From Takakia lepidozioides (Eukaryota; Plantae; Bryophyta): a stretch of DNA of 64,000 bases. Where the stretch lies: assembly GCA_030704615.1 (NCBI GenBank), contig CM060731.1, positions 50,406,001 to 50,470,000 of the forward strand, written 5' to 3'. Numbering within the stretch: position 1 is the first letter of the stretch; each line of letters starts with the position of its first letter. The translations under genes were made by a program, and so were the position numbers. Positions 11,601 through 21,056 of this stretch are shown here, piece by piece. The notes beneath the pieces were generated by a model. That model ran no database searches. It had not been told where the DNA came from and saw only the letters and a program-made list of their open reading frames with translations.

Positions 11601-13046
11601 TGCCTGGAAATTGTTCATTGAACCTCACAGAGATACCCTGTCTGGACGATTTTATTATGAAAAAAACAATCACAAAGGGGGGCTCAAACAGTGTGCATTG
11701 GCGCACACTGTTTGAGCTGCCAGGAAATTGTTCATTGAACCTCAGAGAGATACCATGTCTGGACGATTTTATTATGAAAAAAACAATGAGAAGGGGGGCT
11801 CAAACAGTGTGCGTTGGCGCACACTGTTTGAGCCTCGAATTAGGGGTGGATTGAACCAGACAGAGAGGCCCATGTGTGCACCATTCCCACACCAAAAAAC
11901 AAGGCACAAGGGGGGGCTCAAATAGTGTGCGTTGACGCACACTGTTTGAGCTTCCAATTTGGGGTGGATTGAACGTGCCAGAGTGGCCCTATGTGGCCGT
12001 TTTGAACATGAAAAAACATGCAAAATGGGTGGCTCAAACAGTGTGCGGTGCCGCACACTGTTTGAGCTTCCAATTCGGGGTGGATTCAACCTGCCAAAGT
12101 GGCCTTATGTGACCGTTTTGCACATAAAAAAACAAGTAAAATGGGGGGCTCAAACAATGTGCGGTGCCGCAAACTGTTTGAGCTTCCAATTCGGGGTGGA
12201 TTGAACCTGCCAAAGTGGCCCTATGTGGCTGATTTTCAAATGTAAAAAACAATGAGAAGGTGGGCTCAAACAGTGTGCGTTGACGCACACTGTTTGAGCT
12301 GCCAGGTAAGTGTGCATTGAACCTCAAAGACATGCCCTGTGTGGCTGATTTTCACTTGAAAAAAACAATGAGAAGGTGGGCTCAAACAGTGTGCGTTGGC
12401 GCACACTGTTTGAGCTGCCAGGTAAGTGTGCATTGCACCTCAAAGACATGCCCTATGTGGCCGATTTTCACATTAAAAAAACGATGACAAGGTAGGCTCA
12501 AATAGTGTGCGTTGGCGCACACTGTTTGAGCTGCCAGGTAAGTGTGCATTGATCCTCAAAGACATGCCCTATGTGGCCGATTTTCACATGAAAAAAACAA
12601 TGACAAGGTGGGCTCAAAGAGTGTGTGTTGACGCACACTGTTTGTGCTGCCAGGTAAGTGTGCATTAAACCTCAAAGACATGCCCTATGTGGCCGATTTT
12701 CACATGAAAAAAACAATGACAAGGTGGGCTCAAACAGTGTGCGTGCACACTGTTTGAGCTGCCAGGTAAGTGTGCATTGAATCCCAAAGAGCACACTGTT
12801 TGAGCTTCCAATTCAGGGTGGATTGAACCTACCATAGTGGCCCTATGTGGCCGTTTTGCGCATCAAAAAACAAGCAAAATGGGGGGCTCAAATAGTGTGC
12901 GTTGCCGCAGACTGTTTGAGCTTCCAATTCGGGGTGGATTCAACCTACCAGAGATGCCGTGTGTAGGCTATTTTCATATCAAAATACAAGCACAACTGGG
13001 GTTTACATCACCAATGAAGCACAAAGGTGGGTCTCAAACATTGTAC
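8661..13046. repeat. Tandem array of about 38 units of about 116 bp, each with a 36-bp palindrome GCTCAAACAGTGTGCG-NNNN-CGCACACTGTTTGAGC and a variable ~80-bp linker
   Basis: Palindrome recurs at approximately 8774, 8892, 9007, 9124, 9240, 9356, 9472, 9589 ... 12612, 12728, 12886, with degenerate copies at both edges. Confidence 0.97.
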
Positions 13047-13500
13047 CTTTTTTTTTGCTACCAAAAGACTCGCCAATCGCCGGAAACCCTTTGCGCTTCG
13101 GACTGCTCTCTACGCCGAGCATGTTCTGGAGCATCTCCCCCATCCTCTTTTCCACTATCTGGTTCTTCGTGAGGCTAGCATCAACATCATCTTCGGCGTC
13201 CGTCTCTCCCTCGGATGCAGTCTCCTCCTCACCTATTCTTAGAAGTATGGAGGGCTGTTGTTCTTCTCCAGATTCCTGCTCTTCCATCGCCAGACTTTCC
13301 TCTTTGCCCTCTTCTTCCTCTTTTTCCTCTTCGTCTACTCTTTCCATTCTCATTCTATATCTGGCTCTATTCCTGTCCCTAGTGCTTGTGAAGTATAACG
13401 ACTTCCTTCTCTTCATTCTCTTGTGGAAACAAGGGCTCCCCACGCTGCCTCTAGAGCTCTCCAGTTTGACGTTTGCAACAAGGGTTGCTATGGCATGTAA
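13047..13500 (-). pseudogene. Acidic/basic low-complexity exon, probably an upstream exon of the ParB-methyltransferase gene
   Basis: Open frame LHAIATLVANVKLESS..RMKRRK..EEEKEEEEGKEE..FGSKKK, bounded by the acceptor tttattttag at 13501 and the donor AG|GTACAA at 13046. Confidence 0.5.
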
Positions 13501-14531
13501 CTAAAATAAAAATTGGACATTGTTAACCGTATTTGGATGCGGGTGTCATCATTGTGTGCGAACGGAATTCATCCATTTTCAGCGTCTTTGTATTATCCAA
13601 GAAATAAAGTGGTAGAAAAAAAGTAGATCCGTTGCATGTACTTGTGATATATGTCAGATGTACTTCGCCGCCTGCCAATACATGGCAGCCTTTTTGCATT
13701 CTTTCAAATTCGGAAGTGCCGTAGAAATCTAATGCTAGTTCAATTTCGAGCAGTACTTGCAGATTTGCAATAATTGTCATGCTTCACATATGCATCCACG
13801 TGTGTTGTACTGCCTACCCTGCGGTTTGCATTTCGCCGTCACCGTCGCAATGGGGTCATTCGGTATAAAGGGTTGTGTCGGCAATGGTCATGCGTTGCAC
13901 ACATTCGTGCGAGGTGTCTCCTGGAGTGTCAGTGTTTGTGCTGTGCTCTTCTGGCACAGCACAACCTCATTAGATTCGGGGTCTTCCTGTTTACTGCTCT
14001 CCAGGGTTGTTGCCGTCTTTCCATAATGGATGGTTTCATGTCATGTTCAGGGTTTGTTTTTCATCCAAATACAGCACGGCTTCTTGTGGCTTCTTGTCTT
14101 AGAAAACAGTTTTTCTAGTTGGTGTCTCTCAATGTGGCTGTCTGCGAAGTTCGGTGCATGTCATTCCTACATCCTTTGCATGCATCGCCCGCAGTCTTTG
14201 GGTCAGTGCTACCCTTATTGACCTCATTTTGTTTGGGGTGGATCCCCTTTCGAGAATTATGGGCTATCAGTTCGGGGATTCCGTTGTGAATCGCAACTTT
14301 CGGTCAGTGTAGGAAAACATGTCCAGGGAGCGAAATAGACTTGCTTGATTTCATTCCAATGCAGGTAGTCTTCCACTGATTGCCACTGCAGATGACGATG
14401 GGTTTGTAGTTGTTCATGAGGATGAGCTGGTTACAGTGTTCCCGTTGGAATTGGGTTCTCTGCTTGTTCAAAAAGAAGTGTATGACGAGGATGGGAATTT
14501 GGATTCTGGGCACTTGGAGAAACCATTGGTC

Positions 14532-14592
14532 ACCTTGATACCTCTTCTGAAATATGTCTTCATTGCGCTTGCTGCTGACGACAATGGTGAAG
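14532..14592 (+). pseudogene. HAK/KUP potassium transporter fragment (TLIPLLKYVFIALAADDNGEG)
   Basis: Signature KUP peptide inside ORF 14436-14669, ending at the conserved GEG|gt donor. Confidence 0.8.
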
Positions 14593-14752
14593 GTGTGTAC
14601 ATACTTTTCAATACTCCCAGCTTCAATGCGGCTCAATCTGATTTTTTCCTTTTTTTCAAAGTAGCATAATAACGCACATGTTTGCTTTGGCATTTCATAT
14701 AACCACTTGGATTGTCACAATGGGTATCACCACTGTGTTTTGAACTTCTCAC

Positions 14753-14930
14753 CCAAGATCTCTTCATCATTTTCATGCATTTGTAGTCTGTCTGCAAATG
14801 TGCTACGGTAGACATAGAGAGGTGACGTGGCCAAGTCCCCATAAACCACACCGAAGCTCTGATATGCTAGCATGAGAAGCACCTTGAGTGATGGCTTTTG
14901 AAGCTCATGTTGCACAAAATGGCTCTCCAC
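14753..14930 (-). pseudogene. HAK/KUP potassium transporter N-terminal fragment
   Basis: LAYQSFGVVYGDLATSPLYVYRSTF..ENDEEILG contains the KUP/HAK GVVYGDLxTSPLY signature. Confidence 0.9.
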
Positions 14931-15220
14931 TGTTGGTGTCAGTTGTCATAGCAATAAATTGCCCTCAGAGGTATACCAGGTTCTTGTAGGTTTTACTCTC
15001 TACCATTTGTCTTGTCACTACATTGGCATGCTATGTCTCAATTCCCTTTCATGAATCCGCCTATACGGTGTGTCAATTTGATATCTGTTCAATAAATTCG
15101 ACCTGGATGGACGTGGCTTAACAAACATCGCAAGATATATGATATTAAACTACGCAATGGTCATGGTTGTACAAGGTTAGATCATGTGATGGAAATTATT
15201 TTGAATCGTTAGATTTTACA

Positions 15221-15288
15221 AGATCTAACGGTCTAGATTATTTAAGATCTAACGGTCTAGATTGTTTAAGATCTAACGGTTTAAGATT
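15221..15288 (+). repeat. Three 24-bp tandem repeats (AGATCTAACGGTCTAGATTNTTTA), resembling DNA-transposon subterminal motifs
   Basis: Copies start at 15221, 15245 and 15269. Confidence 0.8.
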
Positions 15289-15349
15289 ACACCGCCGAAC
15301 TTTACACCGGGCTGGGACTTGGGTTTTTTTGTCTCCTGCGTTTCACCAT

Positions 15350-16955
15350 CTATTTGATGTTGTGTCATGGAATGCGATGATCGCAGGATATGCAAGGGCG
15401 TGGGATGGAGGCTTTGCAGACCTTCCTACTCTTGAGCAAATGATGCAGGAAGGAGAAGAGGAGGAAGAGAGGAGACGACGAGAAGATCCCAACATTCTTG
15501 CGAGCTCGCCGTTCTTGGGAGAGTCAGCTTGGTCTTAGCAGGCCGTGTTTCAATCTCTGCCTGCTTAGCTGCACCGTCGTGGTTCAATCTCACATACCAA
15601 TCCGACATTACCTGACTACAGATACAAGCAGCACACACAAGAGGTCCTTTTGGGTTGATGGTCGGTCAAATCCTCCATGGGTTATGACACAAGATAAATG
15701 ACAATGTGGTGAGGATACCTTCTTCTTCTACCTATTTCAGCCTGTTTTGCCCTCTCATCAGACTCGGCCCTGAGATGCATATTGGATTTTGTAAGTTAGC
15801 TCGTTGAGTGGATCCGTGGTTGTTTAGAGTGACTTTGACAAGTTGCTGCCGATGTGGCAGCATGAAAGTATCCAAAAACAGGTAACAGAGATGAGGAAAA
15901 GCTTTGGAATGAACACTTTTCCGACCCCAGTCAATGGCGGGACAATGGAGACAAAAAGGTGAATGCATGTTGGACTACACTAGAGAGAAGTAGATGCAAT
16001 TAAGAATTAGAACTACTGTAATAATTAGGGTTGGGGTTTGCTGGAAGAACTTCATGCTGTCAGTGTCAGCTGCTAGCAGCAAGTATTCATGATTTGTACA
16101 CAGACAGGGATAGCTGAAGGACCAGGGATAGAGGTCCAGGTTCATCCAAGAGGCCCGGATTTCAAACACAAGATTAGTTCTGATTCCCTGTGGATCAATA
16201 GCTACAAGAAATCTGCTAACGAGAAAATGGTCTGCTAATGAAAGCACATTTTTCAGCACATTTCACCCTGTTTTCCCCTCTTATCAAAATCGACCCTAAA
16301 TTTTCATGTTGAATTCTGCAAGTTAGTTGGTTGAGTGAACCTGGGATAGTTTGGAGTGACTTTGACATGATACTGCCAATGTGAGAACAGGAAAGTATCC
16401 AAAAGAGGTAACAGAGATGAAGAAAAGCTGTGGAATGAATACTTTTCTGACCCCAGTCAATGGTGCGACAACCGAGGCAAAAATGTGAATGCATGTCAGA
16501 TTACCAGATGTCATTTTGAACACTGCCCCTGCCTTGGTGGACATGTATGTCAAATGTGGGTGCATCGAGGATACAAAGGGAGTGTTCAACACTATGGCTG
16601 AACGAGATGTGGCATGTCATGGAGTGCGATGTTTGCAGGGTATGCACAGCAGGGGCGTGGGATGGAGGCTTTGGAGACCTATGAGCAAATTATGAGGGAA
16701 GGGGTACTAAAGCCCGACCACATAACGTGTGTGTGTGTTTGCAATGCATGTGCAAGCCTGGCAGCCCTGGAAAAGGGCAAAGGTCCATGGTTGCATCGTC
16801 AAAGCTGCAAATGTACCAGATGTCATTCTGAACACTCCCCTAGTGGACAATATATGTCAAATGTAGGTGTAGCAAGGATGCAAAGGGAGTGTTCAACAAC
16901 ATGGCTGAACAAGATGTGGTGTCTTGGAGTACCATGATGACCACCTTCCCCAGTG

Positions 16956-16992
<37 letters not shown>

Positions 16993-19645
16993 CTTTGATG
17001 CCCTCACACTGTCCAGTGGAAATATAGTTAGGCATTAAACCTCCCTAAACTTGTTTTGAATATGTGACATGGGCAAGGACCTTAAGGACTATCTCAATGG
17101 CCTACCTGCCCTCGTCACTAGACTGAAATTTAAACTCGAGGTGGGAAACTACAAGTGCATCCACGAGCTACCACACGTAACATACATGTTGACAAGGGTG
17201 TTGTGTAGAAAAACATTAAATGCCTTCAATCCACTTAATATAATGTGAGCATATGCACCTAATTTTCAGTTTGCAGGCCTTTCAGCTTGATGCTCTTATG
17301 CTTGAGACATGGGACTTAGGTATCTGAATATGCTGAAATTATGCCTAGCTCGTTGATGTCTGTAGAGCCTCTTTCAGTTGCAGGATGGGGAAGGCAGGGG
17401 GCAAGGAGGCGGGGGAAAAATAGAATATTGTTCAGTATGACTCTTGAAGCAATTCCAGCTTAAAATGTGATGATGTCACCATTGGGGCATGGACCTCTTG
17501 GTTGTTTACAAGAGACTTGGGAGGGTCAGCATGATCAGCCTGTGTATGAAGGCTGGCAGCCCTGGAATTTTATAACCAGATGTCATTTTGAACATCCCCT
17601 AGTTCTAGACATATAGCTAATGTCAAGGGAGTGTTCAACACTATGGCTAAATGAGATGTGGTGTCGTGGAGTGCGATGCTTGCAGGGTATGCACAGCAGG
17701 GGTGCGGGATGGAGGCTTTGGATACCTATGAGCAAATGATGGGGAAATGGGTGAAACTCGACCACATCATTTTAGTGTGTGTTTGCAGTGCGTGTGTAAG
17801 CCTGGCAGCCCTGGAAAAGGGCAAAAGAGGTGCATGGTTGCATCACCAAAGCTGGAATTGTACCATTTGTGATTTTGAACAATACCTCGTGGACATGTAT
17901 GCCAAATGTGGGAGCATTGAGGATGCGGAGGGAGCCTTCAACACTATGGCTGAACGAGATGTGGTGTCGTGGAACGCAATGCTTGCAGGATGTGCACAGC
18001 AAAGGCGCGGGATGGAGGCTTTGGAGACAGGAAAGTATCGAAAAACAGTTAACAAAGACGAGGAGAAGCTCTGGAATGAATATGTTTCCGACCCCAGTCA
18101 ATGGTGGAACAATCTAGGCAAAAAGGTGAATTCCTGTTGGAAGCAGATGCAAGTCAGCATAGGAACTAGTGTGATAAGTAGGGTTGGGGTATTTGCTGGA
18201 ATACTTATAGGCTGTCATTATCAGCTGCTAGCAGCAAGGCAATGATGTATGCATGATTTGTGCAGAGGCAAGGATAGCTGAAGGAGCAGGGATAGAGTGT
18301 GGGTCCAGATTCATCCAAGAGAGCCGGATTTCAAGCTCCAGATTACCTATGATTCCATGTGGATCAATAGCTACAAGAAACCTGCATGGGTAGATGATCA
18401 ACTGGAAGCCGCAGCAGCAGGGCACAATTGATAAAATCAGGCACTGCTAATGAAGGCACCTTCTTCAACACATTTCACCCTTGTTTTTCCCTCTTATCAG
18501 AATTGGCCCTAAATTTTCATGTCGAATTCTGCAGGTTAGAGTTCATTTGATAGTTTGGAGTGACTTTGACATGATACTGCCAATGTAACAATAGGAAGTA
18601 TCAAGAAACAGGTAACAGAGACGAGGATAAAGCTATGGAATGAATACTTTTCTGACCCCAGTCAATGGTGGGGCAATCGAGGCAAAAAGGTGAATGCCTG
18701 TTGGATTACAGAGAGTAGCAGATGCAATTGAGCATTGGAACTAGTGTGATAAGTTGAGTTGGTTGTTTCCTAGAACAAATATAGGCTGTCATTGTCAGCT
18801 GCTAACAGCAAGGCGAGGATTTATGCATGATTTGTGCAGAGGCATGGATAGGTGAAGGAGCAGGGATAGAGTGTAGGTCCAGATTCATGTAAGATAGCCA
18901 GATTTCAAGCTCCAGATTACCTATGATTCCCTGTGTCGAAGGATAGCTACAAGAAACCTGCATGGGTAGATGGTCAACTGGAATTTGCCGCAGCAGCGGC
19001 ACAATTGATAAATCTGGCACTGGTAACGAAGGCACCTTCTTCAATAGCACAGCGGCTACAAGTGGGTAGATGGTCTACAAGAAACAGCAGCGGCAACAGC
19101 ACAATTGATAGAACAAGACACTACTAATGAAGGTACCTTCTTCAACATATTCCACCTTGTTTTCCCATGCTATCAGAGTCGTCCCTATATTTTCATGTTG
19201 AATTCTGCAAGTTAGCTCCGCGTTGGTGGATCTCTGGTGGTTTTGGAGTGATTTTGACATGTTATTGCCAATGTGGTCGACAGGAAAGTATTGAAAAAAC
19301 AGATAACAGAGACGAGGAGAAGCTCTGGAATGAATATGTTTCCGACCCTAGTCAGTGGTGGAACAATCGAGGCAAAAAGGTGAATGCTTATTGGAAGTAG
19401 ACGCAAGTCAGCGAGTATGGTAAGTAGGGTTGGGGTGTTTGCTGGAACAATTCTAGGCTGTCATTGTCAGCTGCTAGGAGCAAGGCAATGATATATATAT
19501 GATTTGTGCAGAGGCATGGATAGCTGAAGGAGCAGGGATAGAGTATGGGTCTAGATTCATCCAAGAGGGCCGGATTTCAATCTCCAGATTACCTATGATT
19601 CCCTGTGGAAGGATAGCTACAAGAAACCTCCATGGGTAGATGATC
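15350..19645 (+). pseudogene. Cluster of decayed PPR exons interleaved with tandemly duplicated OSB-type PDF-motif exons
   Basis: PPR motifs at 15355, 16530-16930 and 17630-18025 (LVDMYAKCGSIEDAEGAFNTMAERDVVSWNAMLAG). PDF half-motifs LWNEY.SDPSQWW.NRGKK at about 15900, 16430, 18070, 18635 and 19325. Second halves (e.g. HPRGPDFKHK..LWI at 16140) at about 16140, 18310, 18880 and 19555. Confidence 0.8.
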
Positions 19646-20194
19646 AATTGGTTGGTTTTGAGCTGAAGAGCACGACCCCTGCATGGATGTCTCTCCATCT
19701 GTAGATCTTTTAGGAAGTGGAAGGCTAGGGCCCAGTTTTCTTATGACAGTGTTAGCTGATTTTCAGTTCTTCTCCTCAGCTCAGTGCCTTTCTGTTTCCA
19801 AGTTATGGCAATAGTTTCTGGCTGTAGTCTCTTTTCCTGCTAGACTCTTTAACTCTATGCAGACCCCCTTCTTTGCTTGCCTTCCTTCTTACTACTCTTT
19901 CTTGTCTTGGTACGCGAAGTTGTGTCTTCCTCTTTCAGCCTCTATGGCACTCTATCCAGAGGTTATTTTTTCCTCTTTGTATCCAAGGACATTTTATGTC
20001 CATTACCTATAAAGTTCTGGAGGCCACTGTCACTATCCCTCTTTGTTAACAAAATTTAAAAAAATAAATAAAAAATACAACAATGGCTTCCATTCTATTT
20101 TCCTAGAAACCTAATGAGAATTTAAATCAATTAATAATCTAAATATTATAATTGTATGATTTAATTTATTAAATTAAAATATTATTAAAAAACT

Positions 20195-20601
20195 TCTTTA
20201 GTCATGAAGTTATATACTCATGACTACATCGTGGCATTATATGATACGATATTTTTTCCCACGTGTAGGTCATATATGTTGTCCATGTGGACACGTGTCA
20301 CATCCGGAGTGCTACATGTGTCCCTCTAACGCCTCTCCAATGGAGTCATATACTTTGTAGACATGTAGTCATATAGTTAGTCATATATAAATCATATAGT
20401 TGTGACTACATCGCTCTCTGTAGCATGACTCAAGGTGCCACGCACGCAGTCATGGCTATGACTTGCAAAACGCAGTCCTAAAGACTAGTCGCTATGACAG
20501 GGCTTTTTTCACTGCAGAGTGATGTAGTCATGAACGCATATAGAACTGAAAAAATAGTCATATGTGCAGTCATAAAAACGCTCATCTGTTGTGTTGTAGT
20601 C
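20195..20601. mobile_element. DNA-transposon terminal fragment with many GTAGTCAT/ATGACTAC subterminal repeats, CACTA-like end
   Basis: Dense direct and inverted gtagtcat motifs, ending in ..tgttgtagtc (compare the CACTA 3' end TTGTAGTG). The same motifs recur at 27660-27900. Confidence 0.45.
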
Positions 20602-20867
20602 TTTCACCCTCTCTGTAGGCCAAAACCTTTTCGTAGGTGGAGGCAAGAGTCAGCCCAAACCGACACGTGGCTGCCAGAGATCATCCCCCGGATGGAAAAA
20701 TGTCGCCGAATGTCCATCCGAGGACGCCCGTATGGAGCCGTCATCAACCATTTTCAGTCGTTACATGATTTTTTCGAGTTTTTTTTGTATAATCCGACCC
20801 TCAACTTAGAGTTTTCTCCCTGCGGGCCACTTTTTTTTGTACGTTATCCCTACAAATGTCTTCCGCT

Positions 20868-21056
20868 GGATGGAAATTCGGCGCCGGTTTTCCCTCCGTC
20901 CGAGCTTCGACTTACCTGCAGGATGGAAATTCGGCGCCGGTTTTCCATCCGTCCGAGCTCCGACTTACCTGTAGGATGGAAATTCGGCGCCGGTTTTCCA
21001 TCCGGGGGAGCTCCAACTTATCTGCAGGATGGAAATTTGGCGCTGGTTTTCCATCG
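20868..21056. repeat. Four 53-bp tandem units with an imperfect 30-bp palindrome GGATGGAAATTCGGCGCCGGTTTTCCATCC
   Basis: Units start at 20868, 20921, 20974 and 21027, with a partial copy near 20689. Confidence 0.9.

Noticed and set aside
8556-12333. Many 65-125 aa ORFs in the array
   Set aside because: They occur in several frames on both strands with periodic stops, so they are by-products of the palindromic repeat.
8661-13046. Bona fide CRISPR array
   Set aside because: Linkers are about 80 bp, mutually homologous and duplicated in blocks; no cas genes; eukaryotic intron context.
14304-14930. Intact HAK/KUP transporter gene
   Set aside because: Only two short pieces in opposite orientations; no further exons in the window.
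4190-15310. Firm classification as Helitron, CACTA or MULE
   Set aside because: No Rep/helicase or transposase inside, and no verifiable TIR, TSD or CTRR-hairpin end.
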